Of a DNA stretch of 64,000 bases, positions 9,939 to 19,296 are shown one piece after another. Below the pieces are notes generated by a model. It saw nothing but the letters and a program-made list of their open reading frames with translations. It ran no database searches and was not told the DNA's origin. Position 1 is the first letter of the stretch. The number at the start of each line of letters is the position of its first letter. The stretch covers positions 20,907-84,906 of the forward strand of contig JAQCBT010000013.1 in NCBI GenBank assembly GCA_027621405.1, given 5' to 3'. Made by a program: the position numbers and the translations under genes. Source of the stretch: Pseudomonadota bacterium (GTDB lineage Bacteria; Pseudomonadota; Gammaproteobacteria; Pseudomonadales; Pseudohongiellaceae).

Positions 9939-10415
9939 ATGAACAAAATCCTGCGATATTTTCTGTTAGTCGCTTGCTTGACCCTGCCAGGCCAGTCCCT
10001 GCAGGCAGCAGAGGTTTCAGCGCAGGACTTTGGCTTCCTCACTGGCATGTGGAGCGGTGAAGGATTTGGCGGGCAATCGGAAGAGATGTGGATGCCGCCC
10101 TCCAATGGCCGGGTATTCGGAATCTTCACCCAGACCAACGACGGCGAGCTGGTGTTTACCGAATACATGGAAATCACCGAGGAAGCATCCGGCTGGGTGC
10201 TGAGGCTGAAACACTTCAATCCAGATTTCAGCGGTTGGGAAGAGAAGGACGATTACGTGACCTTCAGGCTTGAATCGGTAGAGGAAAACAAGGCAGTATT
10301 CGGCGGGCTCAGTTACGAGGTGAGCGGCCACAGCCTGACGGTTTCCCTGAGGCTGCGCCAGGACGATGGTTCCATCACAACCGAACAATTCAACTTCAAA
10401 CGCATAGCGATTTAG
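9939..10415 (+). CDS. hypothetical exported protein (DUF6265-like by recollection)
   Basis: Signal peptide MNKILRYFLLVACLTLPGQSLQA. GGGAGGTG Shine-Dalgarno sequence. The FLTGMWSGEG...EEMWMPP pattern is present. Confidence 0.6.
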   Translation: MNKILRYFLLVACLTLPGQSLQAAEVSAQDFGFLTGMWSGEGFGGQSEEMWMPPSNGRVFGIFTQTNDGELVFTEYMEITEEASGWVLRLKHFNPDFSGWEEKDDYVTFRLESVEENKAVFGGLSYEVSGHSLTVSLRLRQDDGSITTEQFNFKRIAI

Positions 10416-10438
10416 ACAGGCAATACCCGGAGAGCAAG

Positions 10439-10702
10439 ATGAGTGAGCAACGACTCAAGGAACTGATGTCGGCATTGATAGCCGAGCTGCAAGACACCGA
10501 TGGCGTGGACCCGGATACCCTGGAGTTGGCCAGGAAGCTCGACGTGGATATCGAAGAACTCACCGACCCCGACGTGGAAAGCGACAGCGCATCCATGCTG
10601 GATGACGCCATCGCCCTGGAATCCCGTTTCGCTGCGAGTCATCCCGTGGCCGAGAAAACCATCCGGGAACTGATTAATTCCCTCAGCAAGATAGGCATCT
10701 AG
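10439..10702 (+). CDS. small acidic protein (DUF4404-like by recollection)
   Basis: 87 aa with GGAGAG upstream. The C-terminal ...ESRFAASHPVAEKTIRELINSLSKIGI matches my memory of DUF4404. Confidence 0.55.
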   Translation: MSEQRLKELMSALIAELQDTDGVDPDTLELARKLDVDIEELTDPDVESDSASMLDDAIALESRFAASHPVAEKTIRELINSLSKIGI

Positions 10703-10741
10703 TCAACAAACATTAGCTACCAATGCATTGAGCTCTGTAAC

Positions 10742-11146
10742 TCACTGGGGATGTAGCTCAATAGGTACGGAGCCATCCCGGCTACCCACTACGATGCCAA
10801 TAAAGGTGTCACCCCAGGTGTATTTATCCTGCATAAGGGCGTTGATACGCTCGCTCTTGTCGGGTCTCAATGCCACCGTATAAGTGGCAGTCTGGCCATT
10901 GCGCGTCAGAGCAATGCTTTCGTTATTGGTGATGCGGCTAAACCAACCCGATCCATCCGCTCCTACCCGCAAGTACTGATAGCCTTCATCGTCTACGATC
11001 CACAACCGGGTTGTCATGTTTTCGCCTTTCTCGTCCAGCGTGTGTAGTTCTACCACTTCAACTCTTTCGGCTGCCAGTCTCTCGATTCCCAATAGCGCAA
11101 TAACCAGGAAGATCAGGGAGACAACTCCCCAGCTCAGGTATTTCAT
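10742..11146 (-). CDS. hypothetical membrane-anchored protein
   Basis: The track ORF extends to 11176. ATG 11146 has GGAGAG 7 nt upstream and gives MKYLSWGVVSLIFLVIALLGI (N-terminal TM). The gene is divergent from marR. Confidence 0.55.
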   Translation of the reverse strand: MKYLSWGVVSLIFLVIALLGIERLAAERVEVVELHTLDEKGENMTTRLWIVDDEGYQYLRVGADGSGWFSRITNNESIALTRNGQTATYTVALRPDKSERINALMQDKYTWGDTFIGIVVGSRDGSVPIELHPQ

Positions 11147-11196
11147 AGTCACTCTCCAATTTGGGCCGCAGGACATCTATCCTGGCTAAAACCCTT

Positions 11197-11235
11197 AAAT
11201 ACTTTAACGTTAAACAGTTTAACTTTAAAGTATTT
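11197..11235. promoter_or_regulatory. 39-bp palindromic operator candidate (MarR site) overlapping the marR promoter
   Basis: AAATACTTTAACGTTAAAC-a-GTTTAACTTTAAAGTATTT has 19-bp arms with one mismatch. The right arm overlaps the putative -35 (TTTAAC). TACAAT (-10) lies at 11241-11246. Confidence 0.5.
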
Positions 11236-11275
11236 GTGACTACAATAGCGCAATTCCAATTTTTGTGAATCTGCC

Positions 11276-11740
11276 ATGAATAAAACAAGGAAAACGGCCG
11301 AAGACAACATCGCCCTCTTCACCTATTTCAATGAGATCGCCATCATCTCCCAACTGGCGGGCACTATGTTCGAGCGCAGTTTGCCGGATGGGCTTACCAG
11401 TTCCCAGTTCGCCGTCCTCAACTGGTTCTTTCGGGTCGGCGACGAGGCAAGCCCCAGCCGCCTGGCCACGGCATTCCAGGTCACCGCTGGCGCCATGACC
11501 AATACCCTGAAGAAACTGGAGAGCAAGGGCCTGATAAAAGTGGAGCCCGATAGCAGCAGTGGTCGCAAGAAACGGGTTACCATCACAGCGCAGGGGCGAC
11601 GTATGCGGGACAAAGGCATCGCCTCGGCCGCGCCGCTGCTGGCCGAATTCGCTGCCAGTTTCCCGGCGGACACCATTAACAGGCAGACGAAGGAGCTGCA
11701 GAAGGTACGACAGTATCTCGATGAATACCGCTATCGCTGA
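11276..11740 (+). CDS. MarR family transcriptional regulator
   Basis: 154 aa with a winged-HTH region ...LTSSQFAVLNWF...SPSRLATAFQVTAGAMTNTLKKLESKGLI.V.PD..DGRKK typical of MarR. Confidence 0.8.
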   Translation: MNKTRKTAEDNIALFTYFNEIAIISQLAGTMFERSLPDGLTSSQFAVLNWFFRVGDEASPSRLATAFQVTAGAMTNTLKKLESKGLIKVEPDSSSGRKKRVTITAQGRRMRDKGIASAAPLLAEFAASFPADTINRQTKELQKVRQYLDEYRYR

Positions 11741-11816
11741 TGTCTGCGGTATGCCCTGAATCGACTGTTCGCTTAATCATCGACTTTTCAACGAGTTATC
11801 CAAGAGAAAACTGAAA

Positions 11817-12323
11817 TTGAACGACGCATCAGAAATCATTCGCATCTTCACGGTGGGTGGCACCATCGACAAGATTTACTTCGACGCCAAGAGCAGCTAC
11901 GAAGTTGGGCCACCCAACATCGGCGAGATTCTGGGCGGGCTGAAGCTCAACCCCCGCTTCGACGTGACACCGCTTATGCAGAAGGATAGCCTGGACATGG
12001 ACGACCTGGACCGAGCCCGGGTGAAGGAGGCAGTTAGCGGCACGGAAGACAGGCGCATCATCATCACCCACGGCACCGACACCATGGTGCACACCGCCGC
12101 GCAGCTGGGTGAACTCGCGTTGCAGCAGGGCAAGACCATCGTGCTCACCGGCGCTCTGGAACCCGCCCGCTTCAAGACCTCCGATGCCATGTTCAATATC
12201 GGCGCCGCCATCACCGCGGTGCAGATCCTGCCGCCCGGGGTCTACATCACCATGAATGGCCAGGTCTTCGACCATGACAAGGTGGTCAAGGATGTAGAGA
12301 GGGGGCGATTCGTGTCATTATAG
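11817..12323 (+). CDS. asparaginase-domain protein (N-domain only, 168 aa)
   Basis: IFTVGGTIDK and ITHGTDTM motifs of the L-asparaginase N-terminal domain. TTG start. No C-terminal domain is present. Confidence 0.7.
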   Translation: MNDASEIIRIFTVGGTIDKIYFDAKSSYEVGPPNIGEILGGLKLNPRFDVTPLMQKDSLDMDDLDRARVKEAVSGTEDRRIIITHGTDTMVHTAAQLGELALQQGKTIVLTGALEPARFKTSDAMFNIGAAITAVQILPPGVYITMNGQVFDHDKVVKDVERGRFVSL

Positions 12324-12364
12324 GCGGCACTATTCAGGATTTACCGAGCCAGGAGTTACCGGAC

Positions 12365-13606
12365 ATGCCAGATTCCAGTACCAGAATAAAAACACACATC
12401 CAGGCCGCATTTTTCCTCAGCTGCGGTGCCTTCCTCGCCGCTTGCGGCGAATCCGAGGCCCCTGCTCCCGCACCGGAACCCGAGCTGAGCTACGAAGAGC
12501 AGTTACAGCTGCAATTGATCCAGGCCCAGCCCGGTGACGTGATCGAAATCCCCGAAGGCACGCACGCTATCAGTCGCAGCCTCTCCCTCACCGTGCCGGG
12601 TGTCACAATAAGGGGCACAGGCATGAATGAGTCCGTACTGTCCTTTGCCAACCAGGTGCAGGGCGCAGAGGGTCTGCTGGTGACCGCCGATGATTTCACC
12701 ATCGAAGACCTTGGCATCGAAGACACCGTGGGTGACGCCCTGAAAGTTAACGAGAGTAACAATGTCACCATCCGCCGTGTGCGTACCGAATGGACCAACG
12801 GACCCAGTTCGGACAATGGTGCCTACGGCATCTACCCCGTGCAATCCCGCAACATCCTGATCGAAGGTTCCGTTGCCATCGGTGCGGCCGATGCGGGTAT
12901 CTACGTGGGGCAGTCCAGCCAGATCATCGTGCGCGACTCCCATGCCGAGTACAACGTGGCGGGCATCGAGATCGAGAATTCTACCTTCGCCGATGTCTAC
13001 GATAACGTGGCCATCAACAACACTGGCGGCATCCTGGTGTTCGACCTGCCCAACCTCGAGGTACAGGGCGGACAGGCCACTCGGGTCTTTAATAACCGCA
13101 TCCTGGAAAACAATACCGAAAACTTTGCGCCGGAAGGTGCCATCGTGGGCAACGTGCCACCGGGCACGGGTCTGCTGGTGCTGGCCAACGACAACATCGA
13201 GGTGTTCGGCAATGAGTTCGCCGATAACGAGAGCGTACACATCATGGTATACAGCTTCGTGCTCGGTGGTCGGGTCATCGACGATCCGGAGTACGACCCC
13301 TACCCGGAACAAATCTATATCCACGACAACGAATACATCCGCGGTGGCACGAAACCTGCCCACGCCCTGCTGGCGAAGTGGCATGCGGCGACTGGTGAGA
13401 ATTCGCCCAACATCGTGTGGGGCGGCCTGGTCCGGGAAGGCGCCAGCACCGAGAAGCTGATCTGTCTCGGTGATGATCCCCAACAGACCTTCATGAACCT
13501 GAATGGGACCGGTGAGTTAGCCGATGTTTCCTTCGATACCGCACCCCATGCCTGTACCCTGCCGCGGCTGGAGCCGGTGTCCCTGGAAAGCCCGGGCGAC
13601 GATTAA
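12365..13606 (+). CDS. parallel beta-helix repeat lipoprotein
   Basis: Lipobox FLAAC. Successive ~22-aa units (N.TI...., G.GI.....N..I..N......GI) typical of a right-handed beta-helix. AGGAG Shine-Dalgarno sequence. Confidence 0.7.
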   Translation: MPDSSTRIKTHIQAAFFLSCGAFLAACGESEAPAPAPEPELSYEEQLQLQLIQAQPGDVIEIPEGTHAISRSLSLTVPGVTIRGTGMNESVLSFANQVQGAEGLLVTADDFTIEDLGIEDTVGDALKVNESNNVTIRRVRTEWTNGPSSDNGAYGIYPVQSRNILIEGSVAIGAADAGIYVGQSSQIIVRDSHAEYNVAGIEIENSTFADVYDNVAINNTGGILVFDLPNLEVQGGQATRVFNNRILENNTENFAPEGAIVGNVPPGTGLLVLANDNIEVFGNEFADNESVHIMVYSFVLGGRVIDDPEYDPYPEQIYIHDNEYIRGGTKPAHALLAKWHAATGENSPNIVWGGLVREGASTEKLICLGDDPQQTFMNLNGTGELADVSFDTAPHACTLPRLEPVSLESPGDD

Positions 13607-14559
13607 TGCCTCTCATCTCCGCTGACGCTCGCTGGCGATTCAGAGTAACGGGCTTTCTCGCCTGTTTCTTCGCCTGCTGCCTCGTAGGCGGAGCCCTGGC
13701 CCAGTCGACCGATGAGCAGCTCGCGTTAATCACCGCACTGCAAAGCGACGAGGACTGGACCCTGCTGCAGCGCACGCCGTTGCAATTTCCCGTCTATCAT
13801 CCCCAGGGCATGACCCGGGTCGGGGATGACTTTTTCATGAGTTCGGTGGAGGTCATCGAAGCACCACAACGTCTGGCCGACTCCGACTATGACCGCACCA
13901 CCGGCAGCGGCACAGGTCACCTGTTCAAGTTCAACAGCCAGGGCGAATTGCTGGCCCACACCACCCTGGGCGATGGCGCCATGTACCATCCTGGTGGCAT
14001 GGACTTCGACGGTGAGCACCTGTGGATACCGGTAGCGGAGTACCGGCCGGATAGCCACTCGATCGTTTACCAGGTCGATCCCGACACCCTGGTTGCGACA
14101 GAGGCCTTGCGCTTCGAAGATCACCTCGGTGCGCTGCTACGTAATCCCCATGATCAGGTTTTGTACGCGGCGAGCTGGGGTTCTCGCTATCTCTACCAGA
14201 TCAAGGCCATTGGCAGCAGCTACCAGACCGCAATGGTGAGCAAGGTGGAGAAACGCAATTCAGACGTGGATTACCAGGACTGCCAGCTACTGGGTCCCGA
14301 TCGCTTGTTGTGCAGTGGCATTGGCAGCGTGGAGATCGATAATACCCACCGCCTCACCATCGGCGGTATCGAATTGCTCAATACCTCAGGTCCGTTGGTG
14401 CTGCACAAGATCAGGGTGAATGGAACAACCTCTACCAGCGATTTCCTGACCCGCAATCCCTTCTACTTCGAGATGACGCCCCAGGGCCGGGGCCTGTTCT
14501 ATTTCGTGCCGGAAGATGACACGGCGGCGCTGTATCAATACGGTAGCGCCGCGCAGTAG
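13606..14559 (+). CDS. hypothetical exported protein, translationally coupled to the beta-helix gene
   Basis: Its ATG overlaps the upstream TAA by 1 nt (TAATG). Hydrophobic N-terminus FLACFFACCLVGGALAQ. Confidence 0.6.
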   Translation: MPLISADARWRFRVTGFLACFFACCLVGGALAQSTDEQLALITALQSDEDWTLLQRTPLQFPVYHPQGMTRVGDDFFMSSVEVIEAPQRLADSDYDRTTGSGTGHLFKFNSQGELLAHTTLGDGAMYHPGGMDFDGEHLWIPVAEYRPDSHSIVYQVDPDTLVATEALRFEDHLGALLRNPHDQVLYAASWGSRYLYQIKAIGSSYQTAMVSKVEKRNSDVDYQDCQLLGPDRLLCSGIGSVEIDNTHRLTIGGIELLNTSGPLVLHKIRVNGTTSTSDFLTRNPFYFEMTPQGRGLFYFVPEDDTAALYQYGSAAQ

Positions 14560-14560
14560 T

Positions 14561-16579
14561 TCATTCGAAGACTGCCAGGTTTTCTTCTGCTGTTTCCATG
14601 TAGTCCTGTTTAAACCCTGGCAACAGGAAGCCATCGGCGATGAGTTGGTCGGTGGCGGCCTCATACTTCTGCAGGTAGTCTTCCGGGCCACGATACAGGC
14701 CCTCGATGGAATCCCGCTGATCCCTGTTGGCCAGGGCGTCGAAAGTGTTCTTCGCCAACGGCAGATAACCGCCTGTCAATCGTGCCAATGAGCGCTCCGC
14801 CCCGGTAGCCGGGTTGCGCAGGTTCCAGGACACGAAAGTGGCAAGTGGCACCTTTGTCAGAGGCGGCAGGATCGTGGCGGAGGCCAGATCGTTATTGTTG
14901 TTGTCCACTGCGGGCACCAGTGCCCGGTAGAAGTGATCGGAATAGGTGGGATGACTGTCGATGATGCGATCACTCTCCCAGCGATTGCCGTAGCTGGCGT
15001 GAGCCGGCAGGTACATGCTGGCCGGATGGTTGTAGCCATTCACCGGGTTCCAGGCATCGCGGTTGATGCGGCCTTCGATGTGGGACAGCACGAGGGTGCC
15101 ATCGGCAATCCTGGGATACACAGAAGCCGGTGGTTCCACACCGTCGGTCACCCAGTCAGACATGGCCACCACCAGGGACATGCCAATGGGGTTCCACATA
15201 TTGGGGTTACGGGGCAATTGGCCCGACGTGGCCTCGCCGGGAATACGACCATTACCGGAACCATGCTGGGAACCGCCGATAGTGTAGAAGCGCACCTCCT
15301 CCGGAATCACTGCATCTTCAGTGCCCTCGGGGTTGGTGTGTGGCAATGACCCGGCCCGCAGCCAGTATTCATTGCTGGTCTGGATATGCATCACCTTTGG
15401 CACCGTATTCGTAGCCCGGGCCCTGGCGAGGAGGCCGTCGGTTTTACCGGTGTAAGGATCCGTACTCTCACCATAGGTAAAGGGAAACAGGTCGTTGGGA
15501 TACAGGTAGTTCGAGTGGTGTCCGTTCGTACGAGTAGGCATGGCGAAGCGCAGATTGAACATGCCATAGCCTCCCCCTGCGATGAATGGCACCACGCCAT
15601 CGAAGACGATACGCCCGGCCTTGTCGGCATTGAATCCGTCGTATACATATTGGCGTAGCAGGCGACCACTCTGGGAGAAGCCATAGGCAATGGCATGCTC
15701 GATTGGCGGCAGGTCGAACTGCGCAAGTTGTTCGCTGCCTTCGCCGCCGTATCGGATCAAGGATACAAGATCGCGTATCGCCGCCATGCCGGCACCGGAG
15801 AGTACTGGATCCTGCGCCTCGTAGATCAATTCATAGAGCACACCCGGCTCGAAACCACCATCGAGTTCCAGCCATACCCTGGGCTGATTGCTGTCTGCCA
15901 CGGTTTCCACTTCCAATTCGAAGCTGGATCGCTCGATTGGGATGCGGGCATCGGTCTGGTACAGACGGCGAGTCAGGGTCGCGTTTTCCAGGCCAGGGTC
16001 AGTGGGCATATAGGCCAGGTGATTGCCACCGGCGATTTCCACTCGGCTTGTTGAACTACCGACACTGACTTCATAACGCACATCACCGGTTATGGGTGAA
16101 TCGGCGTTACCAACAACAGGGGCATGCAGGCGAATGCGATCGTCCCCCGGCGCCAGTTCATTGATCCAGCCAGTCACCAGGTAAGTAAAGCCCTGTTCGG
16201 CGATGGGCATCTGGCCTTGCTCCGGAGGCGTACTCATGCCTCCACGATTATTGACTGCATAGGCGAGCACACCATTGGCGATGTCCGCGGAAGGCACCAG
16301 CAACTTGAAGTCGGTTGAGTACTCGATCAGACCGTCGGCATTGAGCGGTGCATGTTCGATATCGGTGATCGTGGCGTTGGCCGAGGAACGGGGATCCAGG
16401 GTGAGATACGCAACACCGACATAGCGTTGGTAGCTGAAGGGATTCAGGGTCCGGGTGGCTGTGTCCTCCCCGGTGACTTCGATGCGGGTGACATCGGCCT
16501 GGGCCAGTACAGGCGTTAGGCCAAGGGTCGCAATACAAAGAACAGCGAATACTGATTGGCGCATGGAATTCGGAATCAT
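14561..16579 (-). CDS. exported alpha/beta-hydrolase-domain protein (Abhydrolase_10-like by recollection)
   Basis: Signal peptide ...LCIATLGLTPVLAQA. GFSQSG nucleophile-elbow-like motif followed by RLLRQYVYDGFN. GGGAG Shine-Dalgarno sequence. Confidence 0.65.
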   Translation of the reverse strand: MIPNSMRQSVFAVLCIATLGLTPVLAQADVTRIEVTGEDTATRTLNPFSYQRYVGVAYLTLDPRSSANATITDIEHAPLNADGLIEYSTDFKLLVPSADIANGVLAYAVNNRGGMSTPPEQGQMPIAEQGFTYLVTGWINELAPGDDRIRLHAPVVGNADSPITGDVRYEVSVGSSTSRVEIAGGNHLAYMPTDPGLENATLTRRLYQTDARIPIERSSFELEVETVADSNQPRVWLELDGGFEPGVLYELIYEAQDPVLSGAGMAAIRDLVSLIRYGGEGSEQLAQFDLPPIEHAIAYGFSQSGRLLRQYVYDGFNADKAGRIVFDGVVPFIAGGGYGMFNLRFAMPTRTNGHHSNYLYPNDLFPFTYGESTDPYTGKTDGLLARARATNTVPKVMHIQTSNEYWLRAGSLPHTNPEGTEDAVIPEEVRFYTIGGSQHGSGNGRIPGEATSGQLPRNPNMWNPIGMSLVVAMSDWVTDGVEPPASVYPRIADGTLVLSHIEGRINRDAWNPVNGYNHPASMYLPAHASYGNRWESDRIIDSHPTYSDHFYRALVPAVDNNNNDLASATILPPLTKVPLATFVSWNLRNPATGAERSLARLTGGYLPLAKNTFDALANRDQRDSIEGLYRGPEDYLQKYEAATDQLIADGFLLPGFKQDYMETAEENLAVFE

Positions 16580-16695
16580 GGGACCGCTCCCTGAGGATTG
16601 TTGTTGTTCTGATTCGGCTTTGCAGTACTGGCGAAAGCCAGGAAAGCGACTGCTCTGAGTTTTCCCGATTAGACTTGCAGTGTCAACGGGGCGTA

Positions 16696-17661
16696 CTAGT
16701 TGGCGTTGACCCGTGCCGCTTCAGCCAGCCGAGCCCGGCGGTTGTAGAGCACGGGCATCAGTGCGGTGAGCGCGGAGCCCGCTATAAGGCAAAGCGCCCC
16801 GAGTATGGAGAGCCAGGACAGCCGATCGGAGAAGGCATAGTCTGGATTCAGGAACACGATGAGCTTAAGGGTACCGATGGTAAATAGCGGCGCCAGTGCC
16901 AGCATGGCGCTGACTTTGGAGGCATCCCACAGGTTCAGGGCCTCGGCAAAGCAGCCATAGGCCACAATGGTATTGAGGCAGCAGAAGGCAAGCAAGGCAT
17001 ATTGCAGGGTGGTGAGCTGCCAAATCTGTTCTGGTGAAATGATTGGCAGCAACACGATGATGGAAACGCCGTAGATCACAAACAGAATCTGTACGGACGA
17101 AAAGTTTTTCAGCAGTTGCTTCTGCAGTAGTGCGTAGATCGTCCAGGTAATGGCCGCCACTACCACGATGATTACACCCACGGTTTCCTCGTTGTCGAAG
17201 GAGGTGAATCCCGTCAGCCTCTCATTGAAGAACAGCAGGAGCCCTAACACGATCAGGCCTGTGCCCAACTTCTGGATGAGAGTAAAGGGTTCCTTGTAGA
17301 CGAAGACACCACCGAGTATCAGGAACAGGGTAGTGAGCTGGATAACCGCTTCACTGGTCTCGGCATTCACGTAATTGAGGCTCAGGGAAAAATAGTAGTA
17401 GTTACCACACAAGCCCAATGCAGCGATGAGCAATAGTGTGCGCAGCTTGTTGGTCGTGCTGAGTAAGGGTGGCAGCTTACCGCGCCATGCCAGCCAGCCA
17501 AACAGGGCCAGCCCCGCCACCAGGAAGCGGTACCAGACCACGGTGCTCGCCTCCATGCCTGTCAGCAATTCTTTCAGGGCAATAGGCAGCACGCCCCACA
17601 TGGCGGCGGCAACGAGGGAGAGGAAAAACCCCGCTACTGGATTCTGCTGGTAATGACTCAT
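16696..17661 (-). CDS. DMT superfamily (EamA-type) transporter
   Basis: 321 aa with about 10 hydrophobic helices arranged as two EamA-like halves. Confidence 0.8.
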   Translation of the reverse strand: MSHYQQNPVAGFFLSLVAAAMWGVLPIALKELLTGMEASTVVWYRFLVAGLALFGWLAWRGKLPPLLSTTNKLRTLLLIAALGLCGNYYYFSLSLNYVNAETSEAVIQLTTLFLILGGVFVYKEPFTLIQKLGTGLIVLGLLLFFNERLTGFTSFDNEETVGVIIVVVAAITWTIYALLQKQLLKNFSSVQILFVIYGVSIIVLLPIISPEQIWQLTTLQYALLAFCCLNTIVAYGCFAEALNLWDASKVSAMLALAPLFTIGTLKLIVFLNPDYAFSDRLSWLSILGALCLIAGSALTALMPVLYNRRARLAEAARVNAN

Positions 17662-17820
17662 GGGCTTTTTTGCTTAACTAATCGCTGACTATTCCGTCAG
17701 ATCGAGTGGGCGAGTTGAAGAGGTGTTTGTTTGCGGTGGTCGCATGCTATCACGAAACCGCAAACGGCACTCGCCGAAAAAACCAGACCCGTCGCAAGTA
17801 AAAAGTGAATGGTATCGGGG

Positions 17821-18378
17821 TTAACTTAACTTGATATGCCGAGAGAAGCGGGCGCTGAGAAATTCCATCTGGTCGGCCAGCACTGCGTGGTTCGACAGGT
17901 ACAGAAACTCGTAGTGGTTGGGCACGAAGGGAATCGCCAACAGTTCCATGCTGGCTTCCTCAGGCAGGCGATCGGCCTTGCGGTTGTTGCAGCGGCGACA
18001 GGAGGTCACCACGTTGGTCCAGATATCGGCACCACCGCGGGAGATGGGAACCACATGATCTCTTGATAGTTCGCTGACACCAAACTCGTGCCCGCAATAG
18101 AGACAGATGTTCTTGTCGCGGCGGAACAGGAATTTATTTTCCAAAGGGGGATCGAAGTTGTCCTTGTGCACCTTGCCATCACAGGCCACGATGCTGGGCA
18201 GCTTGAGGACTGACTGCACTCCTTCCCGGTTATAGCCGCCGCGAATTTCCATCACGGTGTCACCCATGCTCCAGATGACCAGGTCCTTTACGAGGAGGGT
18301 TGCTGTCTCTTCCCGGGTTAGCCAACTAACAGGAATACCGGCTTTGTTCAATCGCAGAATCTTGGCGTTCACGCTCAA
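17821..18378 (-). CDS. HNH endonuclease-domain protein
   Basis: CLYCGHEF...DHVVPISRGG...NVVTSCRRCNNRK is a CxxC...H-N-H...CxxC zinc-finger HNH. There is a ~90-aa N-terminal domain. Confidence 0.85.
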   Translation of the reverse strand: MSVNAKILRLNKAGIPVSWLTREETATLLVKDLVIWSMGDTVMEIRGGYNREGVQSVLKLPSIVACDGKVHKDNFDPPLENKFLFRRDKNICLYCGHEFGVSELSRDHVVPISRGGADIWTNVVTSCRRCNNRKADRLPEEASMELLAIPFVPNHYEFLYLSNHAVLADQMEFLSARFSRHIKLS

Positions 18379-18638
18379 TCACCTGGTTCGACTGCTTGCT
18401 CAAAAAGAGTTTACACGTCAGCAAGTGCGCTTGCACGTCACTTCGTCTGACCATGCTGCCTGTTGGCGAGAAGCCAACAGCACAACTCCCGATACATTTA
18501 TCGGCCTGAATTCGCGCGGCTAAATATTCTGCCCGTGGAATTGCTGTGTACAGCCTAAGAAAAGACGTTAGGTGATCAACTTGCTACAGGTTTGCAACAC
18601 AATCAGGGTATTTATGACCAAAGTGTCACCAACCGCAG

Positions 18639-19259
18639 TCAGCTAATCCGGGTCTGGCGCTCCTGCCAGCGCTGGTAGCCGCCGGTGCTTATCCAGTAGC
18701 CAAGCTGCAGGACCAGCGCCAGTGCAATAAAGAGAGGGATGGTACCCCAGTCCCTGCCCCCTACCCGGAAATAGAACACCGCATTGTAGTAGCGATCTTC
18801 TTCCGGTAACTCGGCGGTAACCACGCCTATGTAGGTGCCCTTCTCGGTGAACTCATAGCTGGCACTATAGAAGCCGCTCTCTTCGATGCGGGGTTGTTCA
18901 TAGAACACGGTGATTTCTTCCAGATCGCCCATGGCCTGGACGTCATCCCAGTCTGCGAAGCGGCCCAGGTTGTTCACATCCCGTATGATGCGAAAGTCGA
19001 TGGTCATCTCGGTCAGCAGGTTATGCAGGTATTCCATAACAAATACCGAACGTGTGACGTCCGGGATGTCTTCACAGAACTCCTCCGTCTCCCTGGTATC
19101 CGGCTGGAACACCGTGAAGTGCGCCTGCATGAAATTGATATTGATGACGCAAAGGTCATCCTCGAAGGCAACGCCGCCATGGGGGTATGCCTGGGACGGC
19201 AGCAACAGCAGCCCTAGCGAGAGCCAAGCCGCGCCGGACTTTAAAATGCGATTTATCAT
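18639..19259 (-). CDS. hypothetical protein with signal peptide and C-terminal TM helix
   Basis: The track ORF runs to 19319 and would overlap the SDR gene. ATG 19259 gives the signal peptide MINRILKSGAAWLSLGLLLLPSQA. C-terminal TM IPLFIALALVLQLGYWI. Confidence 0.55.
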   Translation of the reverse strand: MINRILKSGAAWLSLGLLLLPSQAYPHGGVAFEDDLCVININFMQAHFTVFQPDTRETEEFCEDIPDVTRSVFVMEYLHNLLTEMTIDFRIIRDVNNLGRFADWDDVQAMGDLEEITVFYEQPRIEESGFYSASYEFTEKGTYIGVVTAELPEEDRYYNAVFYFRVGGRDWGTIPLFIALALVLQLGYWISTGGYQRWQERQTRIS

Positions 19260-19296
19260 GAATTGAATACGTAGTGTTAGCGCAGGGCGGATTGGT

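Noticed and set aside
12503-13483. A 326-aa minus-strand ORF. Similar long shadow ORFs occur at 2159..3061, 20182..20874, 34772..35482, 40321..41328, 45332..45943 and 29264..30004.
   Set aside because: Each lies entirely inside, and antisense or out of frame to, a gene with recognisable family motifs. None has a Shine-Dalgarno sequence or any domain signature.
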